Assembly: GCA_964534375.1 (NCBI GenBank)
Contig: CAZHPN010000008.1
Span: forward strand, 1 to 63,920
DNA: 63,920 nt
Source: an uncultured bacterium
GTDB taxonomy: Bacteria > Lernaellota > Lernaellaia > Lernaellales > Lernaellaceae
Reading direction: 5' to 3'
The notes beneath the pieces are model-generated. The model had not been told where the DNA came from, searched no databases, and saw only the letters and a program-made list of their open reading frames with translations. How positions within the stretch are numbered: the stretch's first letter is position 1; each line of letters starts with the position of its first letter. The position numbers were made by a program, and so were the translations under genes. Shown here one piece after another: positions 1-10,374 of this stretch.

Positions 1-873
1 ATCGCCGTCGAGGACGTCAGTTTCTCGGTGACGCCCGGCGAAATCTTCGGCCTGATCGGCCCGGACGGCGCGGGCAAGTCGACGATGCTGCGCTGCGTCG
101 TCGGCCTGCTCGACCCGGAAAAAGGCGACGTGGAAGTCGACGGCCTGGCCGTGGCGAAAACGCCCGACCAGGTGCGCGAGCGGCTCGGCTACATGCCGCA
201 GCAATACAGCCTCTACGCCGACCTGACCGTCGCCGAGAACCTGCGTTTCTACGCCGATATGTACTTCGTTCCGAAAAGAGAGCGCGAGGAACGGCTCGAA
301 CGCCTCTACGCGTTCTCGCGCCTGAAGCCCTACGCCGGCCGCCCCGCCGGCAAACTTTCGGGCGGCATGTACAAGAAACTCGCGCTCTCCTGCAACATGA
401 TCCACACGCCGAAATTGCTGCTGCTCGACGAGCCGACCAACGGCGTCGATCCGCTGTCGCGACGCGAACTGTGGGATATCCTCTATCGCTTTGCCGCCGA
501 CGGCGTGGCGGTCGTCGTCAGCACGCCTTACATGGACGAGGCGGAGCGCTGCCACCGCGTCGCTCTGATGCACCAGGGCAAGCTGCTCGCGCTCGACGAG
601 CCGCCGGCGATTCTCGCGCGCTACCCCGATCAGCTTTTCGAAATCCTGACCGACGACCCCCTGCGCGCGCGCGAAACGCTGGCCGAGACGCCCGGCATCC
701 GCCGCGTTTATCCGGCCGCCGACGCGCTCAAAGCCGCCGCGGCCGATCGCGAGACGGGCGAGGCGTTGGTGCGGCAGGCGATCGCCGGCGCCGGCCTGAT
801 GTTGAAGTCGATTCACCCGGTGCGGCCGAATTTCGAGGACGTGTTCCTGGCCGCCGTGGAGTCGCGCGAATGA
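1..873 (+). CDS. ABC-2 type transporter ATP-binding protein (5' truncated by window)
   Basis: Walker A GPDGAGKS, signature LSGGM, Walker B LLLLDEP; frame is open from base 1. Confidence 0.93.
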   Translation: MAVEDVSFSVTPGEIFGLIGPDGAGKSTMLRCVVGLLDPEKGDVEVDGLAVAKTPDQVRERLGYMPQQYSLYADLTVAENLRFYADMYFVPKREREERLERLYAFSRLKPYAGRPAGKLSGGMYKKLALSCNMIHTPKLLLLDEPTNGVDPLSRRELWDILYRFAADGVAVVVSTPYMDEAERCHRVALMHQGKLLALDEPPAILARYPDQLFEILTDDPLRARETLAETPGIRRVYPAADALKAAAADRETGEALVRQAIAGAGLMLKSIHPVRPNFEDVFLAAVESRE

Positions 874-1826
874 AAGTCGTCGAAACGCACGACCTGGTCA
901 AACGCTTCGGCGAGTTCGTCGCGGTCGATCGCGTCTCGCTGGATATCGATTCGGGCGTGATCTTCGGCTTTCTCGGCCCGAATGGCGCCGGCAAAACGAC
1001 GACCATCCGCATGCTGTGCGGACTGTTGACGCCCGACGGCGGCGAAGCGCAGGTGCTCGGTTTCGATCTGCAGCGCAACCCCGACAAGATCAAAGAGCGC
1101 ATCGGTTACATGAGCCAGCGCTTCTCGCTCTACGGCGACCTGACGGTGCGGCAGAACCTCGAGTTTTACGCGGGCATCTACGCCATTCCGCGCGCCAAAC
1201 GCCGGGCGCGGCTCGACTATGCGCTGAAGATCGCCGACCTCGAAAAAGAGGCGCACCGCCTGACCGCCGATCTGCCCGGCGGCCTGCGGCAGCGGCTGGC
1301 GCTGGGCGCCGCGATCATGCACGAACCGCAAATCGTGTTTCTCGACGAGCCGACCGCGGGCGTCGACCCGGCCAACCGCCGCCGTTTCTGGGATCTGATC
1401 GACCGCCTGCGCCGCGAAGGCTCGACCGTGTTCGTCACCACGCACTACATGGACGAAGCCGAAAATTGCGACCGGTTGGTGTTGATTTATTCCGGCCGCA
1501 AGATCGCCGAGGCCTCGCCGCGCGAGTTGGTCAGCAAGGTGCTCGCGGGCAGCATGCTCGAAGTGACGGGCGTCGCGCCGGCCCTCGCGGTGCAGGCGGT
1601 TCTCGGCCAGCCCGGCGTGCAGGCGGCGCAGATTTTCGGGTTGGCGGCGCGCGTACTCGCCGACGATGGCCCGCAAGCGCAACCGCGCGTCGAGGCGCTG
1701 CTGGCCGCGGCCGGCCTGACCGGCGCGCGAACCGCGCCGACGCGGGCCTCGCTGGAAGACGCGTTCATCCGCCTGATCGAGCGCGAGGACGAAAAGCTCG
1801 CCGCCGAGGGAGGCCGCTCGCGATGA
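870..1826 (+). CDS. ABC-2 type transporter ATP-binding protein
   Basis: ATG at 870 overlaps upstream TGA (ATGA); GPNGAGKT, LPGG, VFLDEP, TTHYMDEA. Confidence 0.93.
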   Translation: MKVVETHDLVKRFGEFVAVDRVSLDIDSGVIFGFLGPNGAGKTTTIRMLCGLLTPDGGEAQVLGFDLQRNPDKIKERIGYMSQRFSLYGDLTVRQNLEFYAGIYAIPRAKRRARLDYALKIADLEKEAHRLTADLPGGLRQRLALGAAIMHEPQIVFLDEPTAGVDPANRRRFWDLIDRLRREGSTVFVTTHYMDEAENCDRLVLIYSGRKIAEASPRELVSKVLAGSMLEVTGVAPALAVQAVLGQPGVQAAQIFGLAARVLADDGPQAQPRVEALLAAAGLTGARTAPTRASLEDAFIRLIEREDEKLAAEGGRSR

Positions 1827-2953
1827 AAACCCGCGTTTGGGCCATCGCGCATAAAGAACTGCTGCACATCGTGCGCGACTGGCGCACGTTGGCGCTGGCG
1901 TTCGTCCAGCCGATGCTGCTCAACCTGCTCTTCGGATACGCGATCACCTTCGACATCAAGCACCTGAAGCTGGCGGTGGCCGACGAAGATCGCACCTACG
2001 CGAGCCGCGAACTGGTGCGCCGCTTCACCGCCAGCGATTACTTCCGCCTGACGCACGACGCGCCGAGCACGACGATGCTGCCGCGGTACGTCGAAAACGG
2101 CGACGCGCAAATCGCGCTGGGAATCCCTAAGGATTTCGCCAAAACTCTGGAGAAGGGAAACAGCGTCGACTTGCAGGTGATCATCGACGGCGCAGAATCG
2201 AACACCGCGGAGATTGCCAGCGCCTACGTCGACGCGATCCTCAGCGGCTACAACGTCGACCGCATCAAGGATCTGATGGGCAGCCGCGGCCTCAACCCGG
2301 ACGACATGCCGCCGGTCGACGCCCAGGTGCGCGTCTGGTTCAACCCCACGGTCGATTCGCCGACCACGATCGTGCCCGGGCTGATCGCCGTGATCATGAT
2401 CGTCATGACCGCGATGCTCTCCGGCCTGACCATCGTGCGCGAACGCGAACTGGGGAGCCTCGAGAGCCTGTTCGCGACGCCGGTGCGGCGCGGCGAGATC
2501 CTCATCGGCAAGATGCTGCCATTCTTGGCGATCGCGATGATGGATTGCGTATTGGTCGCCGTCATCGGCATTGTCGCCTTCAACGTGCCGTTCCGCGGCA
2601 GCCCGATCGCGTTCGGCGTGACGGCGCTGGTGTTTTCGTTCACGGGCTTGGCGATCGGCATTTTCGCCAGCGTCATCTCCAGCACGCAGGTGCTGGCCAA
2701 CCAGATCGTCGTGCTCTCGACGATGCTGCCGAGCATGATGTTGTCGGGCTTCATGGTGCCGATCGAATCGATGCCGTGGTGGGTGCAGAACATCACGCGC
2801 ATCTTCCCCGCGCGCTATTTCGTGCAGATTTGCCGCGGCGTGCTGCTCAAGGCGCAGCCCTGGCCGGCGCTGGTGGCGCCGACCGCGTACCTGCTGGCCG
2901 TCGGCGCGGTATTTTTCACAATCGCGGTCACCCGCTTCCGGAAAAAGCTGTAG
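1823..2953 (+). CDS. ABC-2 transporter permease (YbhS-like)
   Basis: ATGA overlap; begins MKTRVWAIAHKE; RERE-G--E motif; multiple TM segments. Confidence 0.92.
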   Translation: MKTRVWAIAHKELLHIVRDWRTLALAFVQPMLLNLLFGYAITFDIKHLKLAVADEDRTYASRELVRRFTASDYFRLTHDAPSTTMLPRYVENGDAQIALGIPKDFAKTLEKGNSVDLQVIIDGAESNTAEIASAYVDAILSGYNVDRIKDLMGSRGLNPDDMPPVDAQVRVWFNPTVDSPTTIVPGLIAVIMIVMTAMLSGLTIVRERELGSLESLFATPVRRGEILIGKMLPFLAIAMMDCVLVAVIGIVAFNVPFRGSPIAFGVTALVFSFTGLAIGIFASVISSTQVLANQIVVLSTMLPSMMLSGFMVPIESMPWWVQNITRIFPARYFVQICRGVLLKAQPWPALVAPTAYLLAVGAVFFTIAVTRFRKKL

Positions 2954-2961
2954 GAGCGACC

Positions 2962-4101
2962 ATGGGACGGATTCTGTACATGGCCCGCAAAGAAATCATT
3001 CAGGTCTTTCGCGACCAGCGCATGGTCAGCATTTTGTTCATCGCCCCGATCATGCAGTTGTTCCTCTTCGGTTACGCGGTCAACCTCGACGTGACGAACG
3101 TCAAACTGGCGGTGATGGATCAGGACAACAGCGCCGAAAGCCGCGACCTGGTCGCCGCGATCCTCCAATCGGGCTACTTCATCTCCGCCGGTCGTGCGCT
3201 CAGCGACAAGGAGATCTCCGACGACCTGCTCTACGGCAAGGCCGACGTGGTCATGGTCGTGCCCTACCGCTTCGCCGCCGACGTCGCGGCGGGCCGCAAG
3301 ACGCAGGTCCAGTTGCTCCTCGACGGCGGGCAGTCGAACACGGCGACCGTGGCGATGGGCTACCTCGGCAAAATCTTCGCCGCGCACGCGATGTCGACGA
3401 TCGAGGTGCGCCTGGCCGCGATCAGCGCCTTGTTCGGCGGCTCGCCCGTGACCCTGCCGATGATCAACACGCAGACGCGCGTGCGGTTCAACCCGGAATT
3501 GAAATCGACCTGGTTCATGGTGCCGGCCGTGCTCGGCATGATCATGATGATCACGACGATGCTGCTGACGAGCCTGGCGATCACGCGCGAACGCGAGGTC
3601 GGCACGATGGAGCAGCTCGTCGTCACGCCGATCAAGTCGTGGCAGTTGCTGGCGGGCAAAATGTTGCCGTTCGCGGTCATCGGCATCGTCGACGTCACGC
3701 TGATTTTGATCGTCGCGCGCGGGCATTTCGGCCTGCCGATGGCCGGCTCGCTCGGCCTGCTCTATTTCGCCACGGCGGATTTTCTCTTCGCAACGCTGGG
3801 GCTCGGCTTGATGATTTCCACGATGGCGCACACGCAGCAGCAGGCGATGTTCGTGACGCTGTTCATCATGCTGCCGTCGACGCTGCTCTCGGGTTTCTTT
3901 TTTCCAATCGACAACATGCCGGTCGCGGTGCAATACCTGACCTACGTCAATCCGCTGCGTTTTTACCTGATGATCGTGCGGGCGATTATTTTGAAGGGCA
4001 ACGGCTGGGCCGTCCTCGCGCCGCAATTCGGCCTGTTGTTTCTGCTGGGCGCGATTCTCTTCGGCGTTGCCAGCATGCGGTTCAGCAAGACGGTGCAGTA
4101 G
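2962..4101 (+). CDS. ABC-2 transporter permease (YbhR-like)
   Basis: AGGAG RBS; MGRILYMARKE; REREVGTMEQL motif; TM segments. Confidence 0.92.
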   Translation: MGRILYMARKEIIQVFRDQRMVSILFIAPIMQLFLFGYAVNLDVTNVKLAVMDQDNSAESRDLVAAILQSGYFISAGRALSDKEISDDLLYGKADVVMVVPYRFAADVAAGRKTQVQLLLDGGQSNTATVAMGYLGKIFAAHAMSTIEVRLAAISALFGGSPVTLPMINTQTRVRFNPELKSTWFMVPAVLGMIMMITTMLLTSLAITREREVGTMEQLVVTPIKSWQLLAGKMLPFAVIGIVDVTLILIVARGHFGLPMAGSLGLLYFATADFLFATLGLGLMISTMAHTQQQAMFVTLFIMLPSTLLSGFFFPIDNMPVAVQYLTYVNPLRFYLMIVRAIILKGNGWAVLAPQFGLLFLLGAILFGVASMRFSKTVQ

Positions 4102-4110
4102 ACCGATCGC

Positions 4111-5286
4111 CTATTCCGCCGCCGCGCTTTCCTTTTCCTCGCCGCCGCGCACCGCGCGCTTGAACATCCGGGTCAGGCCCAATTTGACGACAGCGCGCTT
4201 CGCCGCGTCGTACAGCGCGAAATACGCCGACAACGCCGCCGTCGCCGCCCGCAAGCGGAAGCAGTCGCGGAAGTAGTACGCCTGCGCTTCCGGATAGGCG
4301 CGGTTGGAGAATTGCTGTTTGTACGGCGCGTCGCCGAAACCCCAATCGACGACGCGGCAGCCGTCGACCGTTCGCGCCCGATTGATGGCCTCGGTCAAGA
4401 GCAGCAGACCCGGCGAGAACTTGGAGAACCGCGCATCGTAGCTCGTGCGGTACAACGCCAGGACTGCACCATTGCGCCGAGCGTCGAGCATCGCCAGCGG
4501 CTGGCCGCCCGCGTAAAGCACGAGGCCGCGGAACAATCCTTGCCGGGCAAGTTCTTCGTAGTACGGTCGGTCGGGCTCGGCCAACTGTTCGCCGACGATC
4601 CGCGACTGCCAACCGCGGGCGACCACGGCGCCGGCGTCGCGAATGAACTCGGCGACTTGTTCGGGCGCGCGGAAATCGCGGAATTCAACCTCGCCGTGCG
4701 CGGTCGCCAGGGCGCGAATTTTCCGTTGGAAATGCTTGCCGGCTTTGCGCGCCGATTTCTCTCCGCCCTCCGCGGCCTCGTCGCCGCCTTCGAGCACGCG
4801 GTGCAGTTGCACGCGGCGCGCGGCTAGGTACGGAAACAGCCCCGGCAGCCGCCGCTTTTCGCGCCAGAGCTTCGCCGCGGGCGATTCCAGATCCAGCGCG
4901 TCGAGGCAGATCGCGTCGAACTCGGGGTTCAAGTCCATAAGCTGGCGGATCAATTCCGCCAGTTGAACGTCGTCCTGCACGCCGGGCAACCCCGGAAAAT
5001 TGACGCGGCCGACCCGCACGCGAATGCCGAACAGCGGTTTCTCCGCCGCCGTGAAGGCCAGCGTTTCCTCGGCCGCCGAAACGTTGAAGAAGGCGCGCCA
5101 GCCGTCCGCGCCGCGCACGCCGAACGGCGCCAGCCGCCGCGGCCGTTCGACCCGTTGGTTGGCGAGAAAATACTCCGCGGTGTGCCGATAATGGTGGGGC
5201 GCCCAGGCGGCGTTGGCCTCGCGCCAAATCCGCGGCAGATCGTCGCCGGGCTCGGCGGGCGTGACCGTAAACGGCGGCTCGCTCAC
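4111..5286 (-). CDS. GNAT family N-acetyltransferase (CelD/BcsL-like)
   Basis: GTG start overlaps the upstream stop; C-terminal SYDARFSKFSPGLLL...DWGFGDAPYK motif. Confidence 0.8.
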   Translation of the reverse strand: MSEPPFTVTPAEPGDDLPRIWREANAAWAPHHYRHTAEYFLANQRVERPRRLAPFGVRGADGWRAFFNVSAAEETLAFTAAEKPLFGIRVRVGRVNFPGLPGVQDDVQLAELIRQLMDLNPEFDAICLDALDLESPAAKLWREKRRLPGLFPYLAARRVQLHRVLEGGDEAAEGGEKSARKAGKHFQRKIRALATAHGEVEFRDFRAPEQVAEFIRDAGAVVARGWQSRIVGEQLAEPDRPYYEELARQGLFRGLVLYAGGQPLAMLDARRNGAVLALYRTSYDARFSKFSPGLLLLTEAINRARTVDGCRVVDWGFGDAPYKQQFSNRAYPEAQAYYFRDCFRLRAATAALSAYFALYDAAKRAVVKLGLTRMFKRAVRGGEEKESAAAE

Positions 5287-6035
5287 GGCGCCGCCCCGTT
5301 GCTCGCGGCCGAGGGGCCAACCAGGGAATAGAAATCCGAGATTTTGACGCTTCGGTCCCGGCAATAATCGATCAATTTTCCGACGGCCGGCGCCAGCGCC
5401 GGATGGGAGTCGTGAAACAAGATCACGCCGCCGGCGCCCGCCTCGATCTGGCGGGAGCAGGAGTTCAGAATCGCGTCCGGATTCTCGGGCCAGTTCCAGT
5501 CGCCCGAATCGATCTGCCAGAGCACGAGGCGAAAGCCGAGGCCCGCGAGCACGCGCCGGATTTTTCGTCGCTCGTCGCGTGTGCCGTCGCGGCTCCACGG
5601 AAACCCTTCCGGCGGCCGGAAGAGGCGGTGCGGGTAGCCGCGCGGATAGCGGTCGCGCAGCACCTGATCGAGCGCCCGCTGGCCGCGGACGATCTCGCCC
5701 GCAATGCGCGTGGGCGTGAATCCCGGCCGTTCGAACCGATGCGAGAAGGTGTGGTTGCCGATCAGGTGCCCGGCGGCGTCGACCTCGCGCACGATTTCCG
5801 GAAACGCGAGGATGCGCCACCCTTCCATGAAAAACGTGCCCTGCACGCCGCGCTCCGCGAGCAATCGCGAGACAATCGCGGTCTGGTTCTCGCGCGGCCC
5901 GTCATCAAACGAAAAATGCACCGCCCGTTTGTAATTTTGGTGAAAGTAGACGCCGTCCGCGTCGCGCCCGTCCTCGATCCGGTGCGAAACCAACCAGTAG
6001 AGCCGGCGCAATTGCGTTTTCAGCGGCGCGTACAA
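5283..6035 (-). CDS. Polysaccharide deacetylase (NodB/CE4)
   Basis: SFDDGP, GNHTFSH, FRPP, DSGDW, ILFHD motifs; AGGAAGG RBS before TTG. Confidence 0.9.
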   Translation of the reverse strand: MYAPLKTQLRRLYWLVSHRIEDGRDADGVYFHQNYKRAVHFSFDDGPRENQTAIVSRLLAERGVQGTFFMEGWRILAFPEIVREVDAAGHLIGNHTFSHRFERPGFTPTRIAGEIVRGQRALDQVLRDRYPRGYPHRLFRPPEGFPWSRDGTRDERRKIRRVLAGLGFRLVLWQIDSGDWNWPENPDAILNSCSRQIEAGAGGVILFHDSHPALAPAVGKLIDYCRDRSVKISDFYSLVGPSAASNGAAP

Positions 6036-6397
6036 GCGATTGCCTTCCTGTCGATCCCAGCGAACGAGCGCAACGCCCCACCCGGACGCGCCTGCGCTTC
6101 TACCTTTGCAACATAACTCCGGGAAGTGGCTTTTGTGAAGAAAATGATCGTCCTCGCCATCGAACCGTCAGGCTCCCCTCGCCCCCGCCGCCGAAGAACG
6201 TTTCTCCCGAAATCCGCAACCGGACAACACGGCGCGCGCCTTTCGCGGCGACGGTCGGCCCGACATCACAAAATCATTGCCGATCGTGCGACCCGAAACG
6301 CCCGCCTAAAATAGCACGAGGCGCCGGCCGTGGAAAGGTGATTCCGCCGACGGAGCGCCGGCGGATTTTGCGGACGATCTCGGGCCGAGAATCGCGG

Positions 6398-7903
6398 TTA
6401 TTGCGGCGCGGCGGCGGCTTTGGCCGCCTGTTTCCGGGCTTTAATCGCCTTCTGGTACACGCGTTCGTATTTTTTGATCGCGTTTTTCCACGAATGGTCG
6501 GTCGCCATCGCGCTTTCGATCAGGGCCGTCCAACGTTTTTTGTCGTCGTAGAGCATCGCCGCGTCGGCCATGACCTTGAGCAGCGCTTCCGGGTTCTTGT
6601 CCGCGAACTTGAAGCCGTTGGCGCCCCGCCGGCCCTTGCTCCAGCCAACGACGGTGTCGTCGAGGCCGCCGGTGGCGCGGACGACCGGGGCGGTCCCGTA
6701 TTTCTGGGAATACATCTGCGACAGCCCGCACGGTTCATAGGCGCTCGGCATCAGGAACAGGTCGGCGCCGGCCTCGATCTTGTGCGCGAGTTCCTCGCTG
6801 AAGCCGATGTGCACGCCGATTTTTTCGGGGAAGCGGGCCTGAAGGTCTTTCAGAATCGCCTCGTATTTTTTCTCGCCGGACCCGAGGAAAATCAGCGTGT
6901 AGCCGAGCGCCAATAGGTCTTCGGCGATCGGCGCGATGAAATCCAGGCCTTTTTGTTCGACGAGCCGGCCGATGAAGCCGACGATCGGTTTCTTTTCCCA
7001 GTCGTGCGAGATGCCGAAGGTCGCCAGCAGGTTCCGCTTGCACTTTTCCTTGCCCGCGAGTTTGCCCGGCCCGTATTGCGCCGCGATGTAGCGATCGGTT
7101 TCCGGATTCCATTCGGTGTAATCCACGCCGTGCGTGATGCCGACGAGCGTGTCGCCGCGATCGCGCAGCACGCCCTGCAAGCCGAACCCGAATTCGTCGG
7201 TTTGAATTTCCTCCGCGTACTTTTCCGACACGGTCGTGACGAAATCGGCCTGCGTCAGCCCGCCCTTCAGCAAATTCCATTTGCCGAAAAACTCCATCCC
7301 GCCGGCCGCGAACAACGCGGGGGGCAAGTCGAAAACGCTGCCCATGCCGGCGTCGAAGATCCCCTGGTAACCGACGTTGTGCACCGTGAAGACCGTCGCC
7401 GGCGCGGCCAGCAGCGGGTCTTGCGCGGCGTGCGACCGCAGGTGCACCAGGGCCAACGCGCCCTGCCATTCGTTCGCATGCACGATGTCGTATTTTGTTT
7501 TGAGCCCCGCGATCGCCGCGATGACCGCCTTCGCAAAGAAGGCAAAGCGCTGGGCGTTGTCGGGGTGGTCCTGACCGGTGGTCGGGTTCGTGTACAGGCC
7601 GTCGCGATCGAAAAACTCGTCCTGCACGACCAGCAGCGGCCGCCACGGGCGGTCGATTTTCGCCGTGAGCAACGAGCCGGCGATTTCCTCGCCGCCGACC
7701 GTCGCCGTGAAGCGCTCCAACAAGGGCGTGGTTTCCAAGCCGAGGTTTTTCACGTCGCGATAAAACGGCGTAATCACGTCGACTTCGTAGCCGTTTTCCG
7801 CCAGGTGTTTCGGAATCGCATCGCAGACGTCCGCCATGCCGCCCGTCTTCGACAGCGGCATTACTTCACTGGTGACGAATAATACGCGGGTTTTTTTGGC
7901 CAT
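6398..7903 (-). CDS. glgA: Glycogen synthase
   Basis: SEVMPLSKTGGMADV, HANEWQ, TVHNVGYQG, RLVEQKG, EPCGLSQM, TGGLDDTV. Confidence 0.95.
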   Translation of the reverse strand: MAKKTRVLFVTSEVMPLSKTGGMADVCDAIPKHLAENGYEVDVITPFYRDVKNLGLETTPLLERFTATVGGEEIAGSLLTAKIDRPWRPLLVVQDEFFDRDGLYTNPTTGQDHPDNAQRFAFFAKAVIAAIAGLKTKYDIVHANEWQGALALVHLRSHAAQDPLLAAPATVFTVHNVGYQGIFDAGMGSVFDLPPALFAAGGMEFFGKWNLLKGGLTQADFVTTVSEKYAEEIQTDEFGFGLQGVLRDRGDTLVGITHGVDYTEWNPETDRYIAAQYGPGKLAGKEKCKRNLLATFGISHDWEKKPIVGFIGRLVEQKGLDFIAPIAEDLLALGYTLIFLGSGEKKYEAILKDLQARFPEKIGVHIGFSEELAHKIEAGADLFLMPSAYEPCGLSQMYSQKYGTAPVVRATGGLDDTVVGWSKGRRGANGFKFADKNPEALLKVMADAAMLYDDKKRWTALIESAMATDHSWKNAIKKYERVYQKAIKARKQAAKAAAAPQ

Positions 7904-8001
7904 CTCGTTCTCCTTATTTTCAACCGCTAGCGGCCAATATAACGACGCTGGCGCCGGCGGCAACCCTGCCGAATTGTTTCATCGAAAAATAACGTTTCGA
8001 C

Positions 8002-10128
8002 TCAGCAGCCGCAGCCGCCGTGTTTCGGCCCGGCGGCCTGTGAGGTCGCACCGGCGGAGTCGTCGTCGACGGCGTCGTTGTCGTTGTCGTTGTCGTCGTC
8101 GTTGTCGTTGTTGGTGTCGTTGTCGTCGTCGTGGCAGGCGTACAACGTGAACGCGAGATCGGTTTCCGACACTTTTGCCACGACGCCGGCCGGCGTCCAA
8201 TCCTTGCCGAAGCCTTCGAAGCCGCTCGGGTTGAGAATCATCGCCGGCTGGCCGTTTTTCGTCGCGGAAAAGCCCCAGGTCCACGGCAGCTCATTGTCCA
8301 TGTCCATATCGACGTAGAACAGGAACCAATAACGCCCGGTCGCCAACGTCGGCGGCTTTTGCGTCTGGACGGTAATATTGCCCAGTAGATCCCACTGGAG
8401 GTTCGCATCCGACGCCTGGTAGTCTTCGGACCACACGGGCGTGCCCGATCCCGGGTAGCCGTCGGGTTTGCCGTCCTGGTCCGCGTAGATCGCCGCGTGC
8501 AGGCCGCGGGAGTTCTGCGGCGTGCCGGTCGGCGTCGTCGCGGCGACGAGGAACTGGTCGATTTGCCACTCGGCGCCGGCGGGGACGGTGAAATCGTCGG
8601 CGAGATACGCCTCGTAGCCCATGTAAGGTCCGAGGAAGGTCATCGCGATGAGACCGCTGCCGGAGTTGTCGTAATCCTGCTCTTGCAGCGTCGTGCACGT
8701 CCACGCGTCGTCGTCATCGTCGGGCGCCACGGACCCGCACCCGGCGGCGCAGGCGGCCAACGCTTTGGTTTGCGCCGCGGTCGGCGGCGACGAGCACGAA
8801 TTGTTGGCGGCGCAATTCGCCCAGCAGGACCAGGCGACGGGGTCGTGCGTTGGGCAATAGGCCATCAAGTCGAGCGCCGGCAGGGTGTACTTCGTTCCGG
8901 CCAGCACCCACGGCACGTTGCACGCATAGTATTGGTACACGGTGTGCTGGCAACCGCCGCCGCCCGGATCGGCCGGCAGCAGGCAGGCGTTCAGGCAACT
9001 CGTGTCGCACGTCGCGGTGCAGCCGGCGGCGCACTCCCAAAACGGCGAGACGCCCGCGCAGCCGAAGAGGTTGTCGGAAATCGTGCACCAGATCGACAGC
9101 CCTTCCTTGTCGATCGCCGCTCCCGTGGTGTCGGTCCAGGCGACGTTGCAATCGGCGGTCAGGCCCGCGGCCGCCTCGTGGCAATTGAATTCCTGCGTGC
9201 AAACGTCCGGCGGCGTGACGGCGGGCGGCGTCGGGCCCGAGCCGAAGCTCATCCAGATCGCGTCCTGCCCGAACTGCGTCGCACTGGTCACTTCGGTGTA
9301 GGCGATGCGGAAAAAGCCCTGTTCGCCCCAATACGTGCCCCAGGAATTTTTGACGATGAAGCACTGGTTCGTGTCGTCATAGCCGACAATCAGCACGCCG
9401 TGGCCCCCGTCGTAGTTGCCCGTGGTGTGCTGATAAATGCCGCCCTTGTAATACATGAAATCGTTGTACACGTTGAAGCCGACGGCGATCGGCCCATAAT
9501 CGTTCAGCGCCTGTTTCAGCGAGTCCACGTCTTGCGAAACCGAGCCGTTCGCGCCGGTGGTGTACGTGCGCGCGGGGGAACCGCCGCACAATTCGCAGGC
9601 GACCTGCACGCTTTCCATGCCTTGCCGATACGGATCGCACGATTCGTCGACGACGCCGGACGACGTCAAGTAGTTCACCGCCGTGTTGAACAAGCCGCCT
9701 TCGCAGCCCATGTCGCCGGTGTCGCAGGAGACGATGTCTTGTTCCGACAAGTCGAGCGTCGGCGGGAAATTGCCCTGCCGGATCGCGGCCGACTCCAGGC
9801 ACCCCACCGCGGCGAACGCCCAGCAACTGCCGCAATTCCCCTGGTCTTTTACGGCCGTCACGGCGTTTTGCGTCCGCCAATCGAGAGTCGCCGGCAGATC
9901 GCGCCGCGGCGCCGGCGGGGTCGCCGCGTTCGACCGGGCGAAGGGGATGTGCATCAGCCGCGCCTGGAACTCGAATTCGCTCAGCACAGGCGTGTCTGCC
10001 GTCCAATGGGCGCCCTGCGCGCGAATGGCGCGCTGCACGGCGGCCAGCGACTCGTCGGCGGACGCGAGGCCCGCGACGGACGACAAGCAGACGAACACGA
10101 TCCCGATGACGACGGCGCAGCGTTTCAT
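8002..10128 (-). CDS. Secreted papain-family (C1A) cysteine peptidase with Cys-rich modules, an Asp/Asn-rich tail and terminal GGCGC
   Basis: Signal peptide MKRCAVVIGIV; QGNCGSCWAFA, GGHGVLIVGY, KNSWG catalytic motifs. Confidence 0.9.
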   Translation of the reverse strand: MKRCAVVIGIVFVCLSSVAGLASADESLAAVQRAIRAQGAHWTADTPVLSEFEFQARLMHIPFARSNAATPPAPRRDLPATLDWRTQNAVTAVKDQGNCGSCWAFAAVGCLESAAIRQGNFPPTLDLSEQDIVSCDTGDMGCEGGLFNTAVNYLTSSGVVDESCDPYRQGMESVQVACELCGGSPARTYTTGANGSVSQDVDSLKQALNDYGPIAVGFNVYNDFMYYKGGIYQHTTGNYDGGHGVLIVGYDDTNQCFIVKNSWGTYWGEQGFFRIAYTEVTSATQFGQDAIWMSFGSGPTPPAVTPPDVCTQEFNCHEAAAGLTADCNVAWTDTTGAAIDKEGLSIWCTISDNLFGCAGVSPFWECAAGCTATCDTSCLNACLLPADPGGGGCQHTVYQYYACNVPWVLAGTKYTLPALDLMAYCPTHDPVAWSCWANCAANNSCSSPPTAAQTKALAACAAGCGSVAPDDDDDAWTCTTLQEQDYDNSGSGLIAMTFLGPYMGYEAYLADDFTVPAGAEWQIDQFLVAATTPTGTPQNSRGLHAAIYADQDGKPDGYPGSGTPVWSEDYQASDANLQWDLLGNITVQTQKPPTLATGRYWFLFYVDMDMDNELPWTWGFSATKNGQPAMILNPSGFEGFGKDWTPAGVVAKVSETDLAFTLYACHDDDNDTNNDNDDDNDNDNDAVDDDSAGATSQAAGPKHGGCGC

Positions 10129-10374
10129 GTCGGAAATCCCTTCGGCGATCGCAGTTTTATTCCGCGGCGCGAACCGTCGCGGAGCGGCGGCGGCGTTCAT
10201 TCGACCACTTCGTACGCGTCTCGTTCTTACCCTGCGATCCCGCGGCTGTCAATGAAGCCGCGCCGGCCGGATGCGCCGGTTGGCGTTGCCCGGATCGACT
10301 CAGGACGCCCCGTGATGCCGGAAGCGAAACATTTTTCCCGGAAAGCGGACACGCCGGCGGCTCTCGCCGCCGCT

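Noticed and set aside
1..4101. Degenerate LPGG signature in the second ABC ATPase as a novelty
   Set aside because: This is common in YbhF-type ABC-2 systems.
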